This document shows positions 1-12,188 of a stretch of 64,000 bases of DNA, piece after piece. Below the pieces are notes generated by a model. The model saw only the letters and a list, made by a program, of their open reading frames with translations. It was not told the DNA's origin and made no database searches. A program made the translations under genes and the position numbers. The DNA is taken from positions 1,632,001-1,696,000 of the forward strand of contig OY729431.1 in assembly GCA_963422395.1 (NCBI GenBank). The letters run 5' to 3'. The stretch is from Vicinamibacteria bacterium (GTDB lineage Bacteria > Acidobacteriota > Vicinamibacteria > Marinacidobacterales > Marinacidobacteraceae). Each line of letters opens with the position of its first letter. Positions within the stretch are counted from its first letter, which is position 1.

Positions 1-1
1 C

Positions 2-367
2 CGGGAGTCCTGGATGCGGGAAACCGATCCGGCGAACCTGCAGCCCGCGGTGCGGCGGCTGAACCGGCAGGCGGCGGACTTCATCAGGGCCCATCCGCCT
101 CGAGAACTGGACCAACAGAGAGTCGAGCGGGCGCTCGACATTCTCGAAACGCCGTGGCCGCGGCGCGAAGAAGTCCTGCTCCGCCAACAGTTCGGATCGG
201 ACGAAGACCGGGGGCCGGGACTCGCGCGCGAGCTCGTCGAATGGATCCACGATACCGGACTCGAACCCGAGGACCCGCCGGTGCCGCTGCCTCCGATCGA
301 TCTCGAGGACATCGAGCTCCTCTGCTGGATGGGGATCGAACCGGCATCATGTCCGCCGTCCCGGTAG
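2..367 (+). CDS. C-terminal fragment of a large protein, probably a PLD/SNF2-type helicase of an anti-phage system (5' end outside window)
   Basis: Frame is open from the window edge. The tail TDPANLQP...PWPRREE...PLPPIDLEDIELLCWMGI resembles, from memory, helicase-nuclease subunits of DUF499/DUF1156 restriction-like systems. Not verified. Confidence 0.45.
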   Translation, partial: RESWMRETDPANLQPAVRRLNRQAADFIRAHPPRELDQQRVERALDILETPWPRREEVLLRQQFGSDEDRGPGLARELVEWIHDTGLEPEDPPVPLPPIDLEDIELLCWMGIEPASCPPSR

Positions 368-415
368 CCGGACGAATCGAAGCGGGCCGGGAAGCGCCGA
401 CGAAGGCGATTTCCG

Positions 416-1438
416 CTACCGACGGGCCGGCGGGGGGTCCGAGCCCGCCGCCTTGCGGGCGGCGAAAGTTTCGGCGCAGCCGGCGCAGCAGAAGAAGAGA
501 GTCTCTCCGCCCGCATCGACCCGGTGGGGAGAGTCCCGCGAGACCTGCATCCCGCAGACCGGGTCCAGCGCCGTTTCGTCTGTCGCCGCGTCGAGGGAAA
601 TGCCGACCGCAGGGGTCGGGACGGGCTCTCGCAGGGCAGGCTTTCTCGGGGCAGGGCGTTCCTTCAGGGCCGGTTCCGTCGGAGCGGGACGGGACGCGGC
701 ACGCCGTTCTTCGACCATCTGGGCGAGGATGCTGAGGGCGATCTCGGCCGGGGTTTCGGCGCCGATGTCGAGCCCGGCGGGCGAGTGGAGCCGGTCCGTC
801 TCTTCCCGGGAAAGCCCGATGGCCGCCAGCTGTTCTCGCACCGCCGCCGCCCGGCGCGGACTCGCGACGAGTCCGACATAGCGGGCGCGCCCGCCGCTGA
901 GGCCCGCCCGAAGCGCCTCCCACTCCCCTTCTCCGTGGCCCGCCACCACACAGAAGGCGCCCTCGGCGGCGGCAGCGAGGTCCGCTTCCGTTTCGGCGGT
1001 CTTCACCTCCATCCCCAGCGCCTCTCCGAGCTTCCGGAGCGCCTCGACGATGGGCGAGTTCCCCGCCAGCAGCAGGCGGCGCGACGGCAGATAGGGTTCG
1101 AGATGGATGTCGAGCGCACCGCCGCTCACGCAGGCCATCGGTTCCTCCAGGACTCCCTCCTCCGTTTCCGCACCGCTCGGGGGGCTGTCGGGCGAGATTC
1201 GAAGCAATCGGGGCGCCCCCGCAGAAAGCGCCCGCAACGATTCGCGCCGGACGGCCGGACGGACGCAGGTTCCTCCCACGAATCCCTCGATCTTCCCGTC
1301 GACGGTGACGATCGCCTTCGCGCCGGGCCGCGCCGAGGTGGGGCGCTCGGCGCGCACCACCGTCGCCAGCACGAACGGCTCGCCGGCGAAGTAGAGACGC
1401 GCCGCCGCGGCGAAGACATCCTGCGGGCCGCCTCTCAC
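416..1438 (-). CDS. XdhC/CoxI-family Moco maturation factor with C-terminal YHS domain
   Basis: LATVVRAERPTSARPGAKAIV..GFVGGTC, MACVSGG, LHSPAGLDIGAETPAEIALSILA; YHS motif DPVCGM...FCCAGC. GTG start at 1438 inferred. Confidence 0.85.
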   Translation of the reverse strand: MRGGPQDVFAAAARLYFAGEPFVLATVVRAERPTSARPGAKAIVTVDGKIEGFVGGTCVRPAVRRESLRALSAGAPRLLRISPDSPPSGAETEEGVLEEPMACVSGGALDIHLEPYLPSRRLLLAGNSPIVEALRKLGEALGMEVKTAETEADLAAAAEGAFCVVAGHGEGEWEALRAGLSGGRARYVGLVASPRRAAAVREQLAAIGLSREETDRLHSPAGLDIGAETPAEIALSILAQMVEERRAASRPAPTEPALKERPAPRKPALREPVPTPAVGISLDAATDETALDPVCGMQVSRDSPHRVDAGGETLFFCCAGCAETFAARKAAGSDPPPARR

Positions 1439-1464
1439 GGAAGCGGAGTAACCCGGAGCGGGTC

Positions 1465-3802
<2,338 letters not shown>

Positions 3803-3810
<8 letters not shown>

Positions 3811-4300
3811 CGCTGTTCTCCTTCGCGGCTTGCTCCCGCATCGCGCCGGCGGCGTGCTGCACCGCCCTCACGATGTTCACATAGCCGGTACACCGGCAGA
3901 GGTTGCCGGAGATACCCCAGCGGATCTCCTCCTCGCTGGGGTTCGGGTTCTCGTCGAGCAGTGCCTTCGAGGTCAGCATCATGCCCGGGGTGCAAAAACC
4001 GCACTGCAGTCCGTGCTTTTCCATGAAGCCCTGCTGGACCGGGTGGAGACCCCCGTTCCCGAGCCCCTCGACGGTGGTGATCTCCGCTCCGTCGGCCGCG
4101 ACCGCGAACACGGTGCAACTCTTCGCCGGCGCCCCGTCGAGGAGCACGGTGCACGCACCGCAAGAAGTCGTGTCGCATCCGATGTGGGTCCCGGTGAGCC
4201 CGAGTTCCTCCCGCAGGAAATGGACGAGCAGCAGGCGCGACTCGACCTCGCGCGAGTGTGCCTCGCCGTTGATCGTCACGGTGATTCGGTGGGAACTCAT
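3803..4300 (-). CDS. coxS: CO dehydrogenase small (2Fe-2S) subunit
   Basis: [28 protein letters not shown]; ATG at 4300 overlaps coxM stop. Confidence 0.93.
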
Positions 4301-5166
4301 GCCGCTTTCCCTGCCCTTCCGAGGGCCTTCACGCACGCCCGATGGGTGAACGCGCGAACGACGGCCCGCTTGTACTCGGCGGACCCCCGATGGTCGTCTC
4401 CCGGATCGGCTGCCTCCGCCGCCGCTTCGGCCGCCGCATCGAGCGCTTCAGCATCTCCGCCCGAACCGACGAGTTCGGCTTCGGCCGCCTCCGCCCGGAT
4501 CGCGGTGAGCCCGACATTGGTCAGCCCGACTCCGGCTTCGACGATCCGGCCGTCTTCGAGCCGCAGCTGGACCGCCGCCGCCGCCACCGCGTAGTCGCCC
4601 ACCTTCCGCTCGAACTTCTGGTAGGCGCCGCCCGCACCCGCTTTCGGTGCCGGAATCCGGATCGCGGTGAGGATCTCCCCCGCCTCGAGACAGGTCGAGA
4701 ACGGCCCGGTGAAGAACTCCCCGACGGGAATCGTCCGTTCGCCCGACGGCCCCGAAGCGATGAAAGAAGCGCGGTAGGCCAACATAGCGGCCGGATGGTC
4801 GTTTCCGGGGTCGGCATGCGCGATGTTGCCGCCGATGGTGGCGAGGTTTCGGACGATCGGATCGGCGATCACCCGGGCGGTGTCGGCGAGCAGCGGATAG
4901 CGGCTCTGGACGAGTTCCGATTTCTCGATTTCGGACTCGCGGGTCATCGCCCCGATGCGCAGGAAGCCGCCCTCTTCGCGAATCCCCGAGAGTCCGGGGA
5001 CCTTCCGCAGGTCCACGAGCGCGGCCGGTTCCGCCAGCCGGAACCGCATCATCGGGATCAGGCTGTGGCCTCCGGCGAGCAGCTTCGCCTCAGGGTGGGC
5101 CAGCAGCAGGCGGCTGGCTTCTGCCAGATCCTCTGGAGCGTGATAGTCGAAAGACGCTGGTATCAC
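4297..5166 (-). CDS. coxM: CO dehydrogenase medium (FAD) subunit
   Basis: [22 protein letters not shown]; GTG start preceded by GAGGAGG RBS. Confidence 0.93.
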   Translation of the reverse strand: MIPASFDYHAPEDLAEASRLLLAHPEAKLLAGGHSLIPMMRFRLAEPAALVDLRKVPGLSGIREEGGFLRIGAMTRESEIEKSELVQSRYPLLADTARVIADPIVRNLATIGGNIAHADPGNDHPAAMLAYRASFIASGPSGERTIPVGEFFTGPFSTCLEAGEILTAIRIPAPKAGAGGAYQKFERKVGDYAVAAAAVQLRLEDGRIVEAGVGLTNVGLTAIRAEAAEAELVGSGGDAEALDAAAEAAAEAADPGDDHRGSAEYKRAVVRAFTHRACVKALGRAGKAA

Positions 5167-5193
5167 GGAGCTCCCTCCTCAACCTGGCTTGCT

Positions 5194-5221
5194 AGCATAT
5201 AACCTATATTCATCCCGGCAA
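5194..5221 (-). promoter_or_regulatory. putative sigma70 promoter of coxMSL (TTGCCG-N16-TATGCT)
   Basis: AT-rich island upstream of coxM; spacer contains a short ATATA-N3-TATAT dyad. Confidence 0.45.
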
Positions 5222-5290
5222 GACAAGGCCCTTGTAGAGGGTCCGGGGCTGCCGGCGAAGCGCCCGGAGTCCGGGGGCCCTCCGAACCTG

Positions 5291-5554
5291 ATGAACGACG
5301 CTCCCGCGAGCCCCCGGTCGCCTTGGCGGCGGAGCCTCCGGCTCATCAGCATCCTGCTGGCCGTCTGGTTCACCGCCTCCCTGGGCCTCGGAGTGCTGCT
5401 GGCGGAGCCGCTGAACCGAATCTGGGTGGGCGGGTTCCCGCTCGGCTTCTGGTTCGCGCAGCAGGGCTCGATCCTGATCTTCCTCGTCCTGCTGTTCGTG
5501 AACGCGGTCGCGATGGACCGGATCGAGCGGCACCGGGACGCGGACGACCCGTAA
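5291..5554 (+). CDS. DUF4212 small membrane protein (putative sodium:solute symporter small subunit)
   Basis: Signature GGFPLGFWFAQQGSILIF; two hydrophobic helices. Confidence 0.85.
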   Translation: MNDAPASPRSPWRRSLRLISILLAVWFTASLGLGVLLAEPLNRIWVGGFPLGFWFAQQGSILIFLVLLFVNAVAMDRIERHRDADDP

Positions 5555-5597
5555 GCGAGCCCTTCCCAGGAACCTTCCGCCGCACATCTCCCCTGAG

Positions 5598-5633
5598 CTT
5601 GGGGCTCGCGCCACTTCATCCACAGGCTGCTAG
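5598..5633 (-). repeat. end fragment of dispersed MITE-like repeat
   Basis: Reverse complement CTAGCAGCCTGTGGATGAAGTGGCGCGAGCCCCAAG matches copies at 31874, 39673-39855, 42870 and 53910. Confidence 0.8.
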
Positions 5634-5647
5634 GATTTTCCTCCGGC

Positions 5648-7330
5648 ATGGCGGTGCACGGGGGACGGGGCGTTTCGAATCTGAACCCGCCCATCCCCGA
5701 GCGAACGCGTTTCCTCATCGTCACCGGCGGGGTGATCTCCTCACTCGGCAAGGGAATCGCGTCCGCGTCCATCGGAAGACTGCTGAAGTCGCAGGGGTAC
5801 TCGGTGTCCTTCCTGAAGTGCGACCCGTATCTCAATGTGGATCCGGGAACCATGAGCCCCTACCAGCACGGAGAGGTCTTCGTCACCCACGACGGGGCGG
5901 AGACCGACCTCGATGTCGGTCACTACGAACGCTTCACGGGGTCCGCGTTCTCCGCGCGATCCAATGTGACCAGCGGACAGATCTACGAGACGGTCATCGA
6001 CAGGGAGCGGCAGGGCCAGTATCTCGGGGCCACAGTGCAGGTGATCCCCCATCTCACCGACGAGATCAAACGCCGGCTCATCGCCGTCGCCGACGAGGAC
6101 ATCGATGTGGTCATCGCCGAGATCGGCGGGACCGTCGGTGATATCGAGGGGCAGCCCTTTCTCGAGGCCGCCCGGCAGTTCCGACTGGATGTGGGGCCGG
6201 CGCGCGTCTGTTTCCTCCATCTCACGCTCGTCCCCATGGTGAAGACCGCTGGGGAATACAAGACGAAACCCACGCAGCACAGCGTCCGGGAACTCCGCGC
6301 GATCGGCATCCAGCCGGATGTGCTGCTCTGCCGTGCCGGGGAGGCCCTGCCCGGCGAAGTCAAGGCCAAGATCGGGCTGCACACTTCGGTTGCGCCCGAA
6401 GCGGTCTTCACCGCCGTGGATGCGGCCTCGGTGTACGAAGTGCCGCTGCATCTGGCTGCCGAAGGGGTGGACCGCCGGATCCTCGAACATTTCCAGCTCA
6501 CCTCGCGCGAACGCGATCTGGTCTCCTGGAGAGAGCTGGTGCACCGACTGCACAGCGGATCGCGTGATGTCCGGATCGGCGTGGTGGGTAAATATGTCCA
6601 GCTCCAGGACTCCTACAAGAGCCTCGGCGAGGCGCTGGTACACGGCGGAGTTCCCCACAGCGCGCGCGTGGAGATCCGCTGGATCGAGGCGGAAAGTCTC
6701 GAGGGCGGCGACCTCTCGGCACTCGACGACTGTGACGGGATCCTGGTGCCGGGCGGGTTCGGTTCCCGCGGCACCGAAGGCATGGCGGTGGCGGCGGGCC
6801 GCGCCCGCACCGGCCGGGTGCCGTACCTCGGGATCTGCTACGGCTTTCAGTGGGCGGTCGTCGAGTTCGCACGAGCCGAGTGCGGCCTCGCCGACGCGAG
6901 CACCGAAGAGCTCGATCCCGACGCGGAGCACCAGGTCTTCGCCAAGCTGCAGGGTCTTGCCGGGGTGGATCAGATGGGAGGCACGATGCGGGTCGGCGAT
7001 GCGACCTGCATCCTCGAAGAGGATTCGCTGGCGGCGCGGACCTACGGCGAGACCCGCATCCGGGAACGCCATCGCCACCGGTACGAGTTCGAACGGCGCT
7101 ACGAAGCGCTGGTGGAATCCCGCGGGCTGCGGTTCTCCGGTTCCACCGAGGACGGATTCTTCGAAGTGGCGGAGATCCCGGATCACCCCTGGTTTCTGGC
7201 GGTGCAGTTCCACCCCGAATTCCGATCGAACCCGTTGCAGCCCCATCCTCTGTTTCTGGGATTCATCGGCGCCTCGCTGGATCACCGGGTTCGGCGCCGC
7301 TCCGCTGCCGCCGCAGTCGCCGCCGGTTGA
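5648..7330 (+). CDS. pyrG: CTP synthase
   Basis: GGVISSLGKG, DPYLNVDPGTMSPYQHGEVFVT, KTKPTQHSV, GICYG, QFHPE. Confidence 0.97.
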   Translation: MAVHGGRGVSNLNPPIPERTRFLIVTGGVISSLGKGIASASIGRLLKSQGYSVSFLKCDPYLNVDPGTMSPYQHGEVFVTHDGAETDLDVGHYERFTGSAFSARSNVTSGQIYETVIDRERQGQYLGATVQVIPHLTDEIKRRLIAVADEDIDVVIAEIGGTVGDIEGQPFLEAARQFRLDVGPARVCFLHLTLVPMVKTAGEYKTKPTQHSVRELRAIGIQPDVLLCRAGEALPGEVKAKIGLHTSVAPEAVFTAVDAASVYEVPLHLAAEGVDRRILEHFQLTSRERDLVSWRELVHRLHSGSRDVRIGVVGKYVQLQDSYKSLGEALVHGGVPHSARVEIRWIEAESLEGGDLSALDDCDGILVPGGFGSRGTEGMAVAAGRARTGRVPYLGICYGFQWAVVEFARAECGLADASTEELDPDAEHQVFAKLQGLAGVDQMGGTMRVGDATCILEEDSLAARTYGETRIRERHRHRYEFERRYEALVESRGLRFSGSTEDGFFEVAEIPDHPWFLAVQFHPEFRSNPLQPHPLFLGFIGASLDHRVRRRSAAAAVAAG

Positions 7331-7358
7331 CCGCGGGCAGCGGCGCGCGGCACCACCG

Positions 7359-7949
7359 ATGGCTTCCGACCGGGCCCGGGACACCGCCTGGACCTCGGAC
7401 CTCGCCCGCCGCGCCGCCCGTATCGAAGCGATCCTGTTCGATGTGGATGGAGTGCTCACCGACGGGGGATTCGAGCCCGGCGACGAGGGTGCGGGTATCT
7501 CCGAGCGAAAGCGGTTCCATTCCCGGGACGGGCTCGGCATGCTGCTGGCCAGGAAGAGCGGCATCCGGCTCGGCTTCATCACCGGACGCCGCTCCGGCGT
7601 GGTGCGCGGCCGGGCGGCGGAACTCTCCCTGGATTTTCTCCGGGAAGGATGTTTCGACAAGGGCAGCGCCTTCGAAGATGCCTGCGAAGCGTTCGGACTC
7701 GACGCGGCGCAGATCGCCTTCGTGGGCGACGACGTCCAGGACCTGCCGGCATTGCGGCGAGCGGGGTTTGCCGCCGCACCGGCCGATGCCCACGCCGCGG
7801 TGATCGAGCGGGTGCACTACATCGCGGCAGCGGCCGGCGGCCGAGGCGCCGCCCGCGAAATCATCGAGCGGATCCTCGATGCCCGAGGGTTGCTCGAGCA
7901 CGCGCTTTTCGGACTCTGGGAAAGCGAGTCCGCGCCCGGGAACGAGTGA
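7359..7949 (+). CDS. kdsC: KDO 8-phosphate phosphatase-like HAD phosphatase
   Basis: FDVDGVLTDG, RDGLG, ITGR, VGDDVQD, GGRGAAREII. Confidence 0.85.
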   Translation: MASDRARDTAWTSDLARRAARIEAILFDVDGVLTDGGFEPGDEGAGISERKRFHSRDGLGMLLARKSGIRLGFITGRRSGVVRGRAAELSLDFLREGCFDKGSAFEDACEAFGLDAAQIAFVGDDVQDLPALRRAGFAAAPADAHAAVIERVHYIAAAAGGRGAAREIIERILDARGLLEHALFGLWESESAPGNE

Positions 7950-8585
7950 TCAGTCGGGGCTGCCCGCTCCGCTTCCCGCCCTGGCGAAGAAACGGCGCGC
8001 CAACACGGCGGCGGCGGCTTCGGTTTCCGCGACCGTCCCCGAGGCGTCCACGAGGTCCGTGCCCCGGCTCGCTTTCTCCTCCGGCGGCAACTGCGCGGAC
8101 AGGCGGAGACGGGCCTCCTCGAGGCTCATCCCGGACCGGGCGACGAGGCGCGCGACCTGCTGCTCCGCTGGACAGTAGACCACCACCACCCGGTCGTAGA
8201 GGGCGGCGCTGCCGGTCTCCAGCATGAGCGCCGCCTCCACTCCGGCCACCCGGCTCCCTTCCCGTTCGCTGCGATCGAGGAACTTCCGGATGTCTGCGCG
8301 GATCCGGGGGTGGAGGATTTCGTGCAGCCACTTCCGCTCCTGCCCGTTGGCGAAGACCCGCGCTCCCAACGCCTTTCGGTCGATTCCTCCTTCGGCGGCG
8401 AGAACCTCGCGGCCGAACCTGTGGACCACGGCTTCCACGAGCTCGCCGCCCGGAGCGAGGAGCTCGTGGGTCAATGCGTCGGCGTCGAGCATGGGAATCC
8501 CCGAAAGCTCGAACACCTTCCGGACGGTCGTCTTCCCGGAAGCGATTCCTCCGGTCAGCCCTACGCGCAGCACCGGATCCACCAC
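7950..8585 (-). CDS. coaE: dephospho-CoA kinase
   Basis: GLTGGIASGKTT, DAD, IDRKALG, ILHP. Confidence 0.93.
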   Translation of the reverse strand: MVDPVLRVGLTGGIASGKTTVRKVFELSGIPMLDADALTHELLAPGGELVEAVVHRFGREVLAAEGGIDRKALGARVFANGQERKWLHEILHPRIRADIRKFLDRSEREGSRVAGVEAALMLETGSAALYDRVVVVYCPAEQQVARLVARSGMSLEEARLRLSAQLPPEEKASRGTDLVDASGTVAETEAAAAVLARRFFARAGSGAGSPD

Positions 8586-9517
8586 TACCGGGACGAGGCG
8601 GCGCTCCGGGCGACAGCGAGGTGCACGGTATTGGCGAGCAGCATGGCGATCGTGAGCGGCCCGACACCGCCGGGCACCGGGGTGTAGGCCGAGGAGCGTT
8701 CCCGCATCGCCAGCGGGTGGACATCGCCGACGAGCGTGTATCCGTTCTTCCGGAAGCGGGCGAGTCGTCGTTCGTCGTCACCGAAGAAATTCCGCACTTC
8801 GGCCTCGCTCGCGGCGCGGTTCATTCCCACATCCACCACCACCGCGCCGGGCCGGATGGCGGCGGCGGGCAGCAGCGCCGGGCGCCCGACCGCGGCGCAG
8901 AGGATGTCGGCTTCGGAGCAGACCGCGGCAAGATCGTCGGTTCGGGAATGGCACACCGTGATCGTGGCGTGCGCGTGGAGCAACAGGAACGCCAGCGGTT
9001 TTCCCACGATGTCGCTCCGGCCCACGATCACCGCACGCCGCCCTCGCACCTCGATCTGCTCCCGCCGCAACAGTTCCATGATCCCCGCGGGAGTACAGGG
9101 GCGGGGGCCTGGCGCGTTCACCGCCAGCCGGCCCACATTCTCAGGGTGGAAGCCGTCCACATCCTTGTCGGGGCGGATCCGCGGAAGGAACTCCGCCGCG
9201 TCGAAACCCGGTGGAAGCGGCAATTGCAGCAAGACGGCGTCCACGGTTTCGTCGGCGTTCAGTCGATCGAGAATCGCGCCGAGATCCGCCGGAGCGGCGT
9301 CGGCCCCCAAGCGGTGTGTGTCCGAACGAATCCCCGTTTCCAGTGCCGCCCGCATCTTCCCCCGCACATAGATCTGCGAAGCGGGATCCTCACCCACCAG
9401 CACCACGGCGAGACCCGGCGGCCGGCCTCCCTCGGCAAACGCCGCCGCCGCCTGGGCCGCCTCGGCGCGGATCGCGGCACCGATCCGCTTCCCGTCGAGT
9501 ATCCGTCCGGCCATCAC
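8585..9517 (-). CDS. folD: methylenetetrahydrofolate dehydrogenase/cyclohydrolase
   Basis: QLPLP, KDVDGFHP, PCTP, GRSDIVGKP, TPVPGGVGPLTIAML. Confidence 0.96.
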   Translation of the reverse strand: MMAGRILDGKRIGAAIRAEAAQAAAAFAEGGRPPGLAVVLVGEDPASQIYVRGKMRAALETGIRSDTHRLGADAAPADLGAILDRLNADETVDAVLLQLPLPPGFDAAEFLPRIRPDKDVDGFHPENVGRLAVNAPGPRPCTPAGIMELLRREQIEVRGRRAVIVGRSDIVGKPLAFLLLHAHATITVCHSRTDDLAAVCSEADILCAAVGRPALLPAAAIRPGAVVVDVGMNRAASEAEVRNFFGDDERRLARFRKNGYTLVGDVHPLAMRERSSAYTPVPGGVGPLTIAMLLANTVHLAVARSAASSR

Positions 9518-10218
9518 TCCACTTCCCGATTCGTTCGGGCCTCGGCGATCAAGGCCTCGGCACGGTCCCGCACTCCGCGCGCCGACGGGGCGTAGAGCGC
9601 GGCGATCACGGCTACCGCATCGGCTCCCGCGTCGAGCACCTCCCGAACCCGCGGAATCGAGATCCCGCCGATCGCGACCAGCGGACCGTCGTAGCGGGCA
9701 CGGGCTTCGCGCACGCCGGCCAGTCCCACCTGCGGGGCTGGATCGTCTTTCGTCCGGGTTCCGAAAACGGGGCCGACGGCGAGATAGTCGTAGGGGCCGG
9801 AACCCGAAGCAAGCACTTCTGCCGCCGCATGGGTGGAACGGCCGACGACCGCCTCGTTCCCGAGAAGTGCCCGGGCCGCACCTCCGGAGAGGTCGTCTTG
9901 TCCGAGATGTACTCCGGCCGCTCCGGCGAGCAGGGCCACATCAGCACGGTCATTGACGAGGATTCGCAAACCGGTCCCCGAAGCCCCGCGCAGTCCGGCG
10001 GCGACCCAGGAGAACAGCGCTCCGGCGCGCAGGCTCTTGCCCCGCAGCTGCGCGAGTCGAGCCCCCCCGGCCGCGAGGGCGCGAAGGATCGGCCCCGGAT
10101 CGGAGTCTCCGAACACCGCCGCATCCACGACGGGGTAGAGCGGACTCCCGAAGAAGCGCCTTCGCTGCGGCGCAGTCGCCCGGCGCGGCGCTACTCGTGA
10201 AAGAGAACTCCTGCTCAC
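9514..10218 (-). CDS. thiE: thiamine phosphate synthase
   Basis: QLRGK, VNDRADVA, GVHLGQDD, GRSTH, GPVFGTRTK, AIGGI; GTG start overlapping accC stop inferred. Confidence 0.9.
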   Translation of the reverse strand: MSRSSLSRVAPRRATAPQRRRFFGSPLYPVVDAAVFGDSDPGPILRALAAGGARLAQLRGKSLRAGALFSWVAAGLRGASGTGLRILVNDRADVALLAGAAGVHLGQDDLSGGAARALLGNEAVVGRSTHAAAEVLASGSGPYDYLAVGPVFGTRTKDDPAPQVGLAGVREARARYDGPLVAIGGISIPRVREVLDAGADAVAVIAALYAPSARGVRDRAEALIAEARTNREVE

Positions 10219-11549
10219 CGAAGCCGGTCCAGGAAACCGGTGTCGAAACCGCCGGCGAGAAACTCCTCGCTCTCCACGATGCGGCGATGGAGGGGGAGCG
10301 AGGTGTGGATCCCCTCGACCACCATCTCGCCGAGCGCCCGGCGCATCCGTCGGACTGCATGCCCCCGGTCTTCTCCGTGCACGATGAGCTTGGCGACCAG
10401 GGAATCGTAGAACGGCGGAATCACGGCGCCAGCGTACGCCGCCGTGTCCACCCGCACTCCCGGCCCGCCGGGGCTGTGAAACGCGGTGATCGTTCCCGGA
10501 GACGGGGTGAACCGCTCCGGATCCTCGGCGTTGATCCGGCACTCGATGGAGGCCCCGGATACCGGAACCGACCCCTGGGTAAAAGACAGCGGCTCTCCGG
10601 CAGCCACCCGAATCTGCTCGCGCACCAGGTCGAGCCCGGTGACCATCTCGGTCACCGGATGTTCCACCTGGATCCGCACATTCATTTCACTGAAGAAGAA
10701 CCGCCCCTCGGAGTCGAACAGGAACTCCACCGTGCCGGCGTTGCGGTATCCGACGGCCTCGGCCGCCCGCACTGCGGTTTCCCCCAGCCGTTGGCGGGCG
10801 GCGTCGTCGAGGCCGGGAGCCGGCGCTTCTTCCACCAGCTTCTGGTGACGACGCTGCACCGAGCAGTCGCGCTCTCCGAGAGATACGGTGCGGCCGTGCC
10901 CGTCAGCGAAGATCTGGACCTCGATGTGCCGGACGCTCGGCAGGTAACGCTCGATGTACATCTCGGGGTCGCCGAACGCCGCCTGGGCTTCGCTCGCCGC
11001 AGCAGCGAGCGCGGGCGTCATTCCGGATTCCTCGGTAACGATCCTCATCCCGCGGCCCCCGCCTCCGAACGATGCCTTCAACAGGACGGGGTACCCGATT
11101 TCGGCAGCGATCTTCACCGCTTCCTCGGCGCTGGTGACCGGCGCCTCCGTCCCGGGAAGGATCGGAATCCCGGCTTCGCGCATGATCCTGCGGGCAAGCG
11201 CCTTGTCTCCCATCGAGCGGATGCTCGCCGGTGGTGGGCCGATGAAGGTGACGCGGCAAGCCTCGCAGACCTCGGCGAGCGCATGACTCTCGGCGAGGAA
11301 GCCGTACCCCGGATGGATGGCGTCGGCGCCGGAAATCTCGGCTGCGGTGAGAACGCTCGGGACATCGAGATAGCTGTCGCGAGGCGCAGCCGGTCCGATG
11401 CAGACGCACTCATCGGCGAGCCGCACCGGAAGCGAATCGCGGTCCGCGTCCGAATACACGATCACCGTGCGGAGTCCCAGTTCCCGGCAAGCCGCCAGGA
11501 TCCGGACCGCGATCTCGCCGCGGTTGGCGACCAGTACCTTGTGGAACAC
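10215..11549 (-). CDS. accC: acetyl-CoA carboxylase, biotin carboxylase subunit
   Basis: ANRGEIAVRI, HPGYGFLAE, GGGGRGMR, RDCSVQRRHQK, QVEHPVTE. Confidence 0.96.
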   Translation of the reverse strand: MFHKVLVANRGEIAVRILAACRELGLRTVIVYSDADRDSLPVRLADECVCIGPAAPRDSYLDVPSVLTAAEISGADAIHPGYGFLAESHALAEVCEACRVTFIGPPPASIRSMGDKALARRIMREAGIPILPGTEAPVTSAEEAVKIAAEIGYPVLLKASFGGGGRGMRIVTEESGMTPALAAAASEAQAAFGDPEMYIERYLPSVRHIEVQIFADGHGRTVSLGERDCSVQRRHQKLVEEAPAPGLDDAARQRLGETAVRAAEAVGYRNAGTVEFLFDSEGRFFFSEMNVRIQVEHPVTEMVTGLDLVREQIRVAAGEPLSFTQGSVPVSGASIECRINAEDPERFTPSPGTITAFHSPGGPGVRVDTAAYAGAVIPPFYDSLVAKLIVHGEDRGHAVRRMRRALGEMVVEGIHTSLPLHRRIVESEEFLAGGFDTGFLDRLR

Positions 11550-11576
11550 CCGCCGTGGAATTCGCTTCCCCCCCGG

Positions 11577-12188
11577 TCAGGAGGGGCGGATCGCGAAGAG
11601 TCGATCCCCGAACTGCACGGGGGAAGTGTCTTCGGCGAGGATCTCGACGATTTCTCCTGCGGCCTCTGCTTCTATGTTGTTCATCAGCTTCATCGCCTCG
11701 ATGATGCAGAGGACTTGGCCCTTCTTCACCTGGTCGCCGACGGTCACGAAGGGCTCCGCGTCCGGGCGGGGGCGGCGATAGAAGGTGCCGACCATCGGCG
11801 CAGTGATGGTGTCGAGGCTGGATGCACCACTCGCCGGATCAGGGGCGGCACCCCCCGCCGTCGGGATCTGCGGGGTAAGCGAGACCGAGGGTGCGGCGGC
11901 CCCGACAGCCTCTCTGCGCACCACTCGGATCCGAGAGTTCCCGAGACGCAGTTCCACGTCGTGGAAACCGGTGTCGGCAAGCCGGTCCACCGCGTCGAGC
12001 AGGTCCGCGAGCGTCGGTTCTCGGGGCGGGGATGCGGGCACGACGGCAGCGGGGCAGCGCCCGCAACGGCGGAAACGGTACCACAGCACCGCCGGGCCGA
12101 CTTCCGACTCCTCCGCGCCGGGCGTTCCCGCCCGCGGGCGCCTCCACCGTTTGCTACCCGCCGCCTTCGACGCTCGGCAGCTGCCCAT
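11577..12188 (-). CDS. accB: biotin carboxyl carrier protein
   Basis: APMVGTFY and IEAMKLMN biotinylation motif; true start may be a downstream GTG (e.g. 12041). Confidence 0.9.
   Translation of the reverse strand: MGSCRASKAAGSKRWRRPRAGTPGAEESEVGPAVLWYRFRRCGRCPAAVVPASPPREPTLADLLDAVDRLADTGFHDVELRLGNSRIRVVRREAVGAAAPSVSLTPQIPTAGGAAPDPASGASSLDTITAPMVGTFYRRPRPDAEPFVTVGDQVKKGQVLCIIEAMKLMNNIEAEAAGEIVEILAEDTSPVQFGDRLFAIRPS

Noticed and set aside
5197-5209. ATATA-N3-TATAT as a ModE box upstream of coxM
   Set aside because: Spacing and flanks do not fit the ModE consensus; too short to call.
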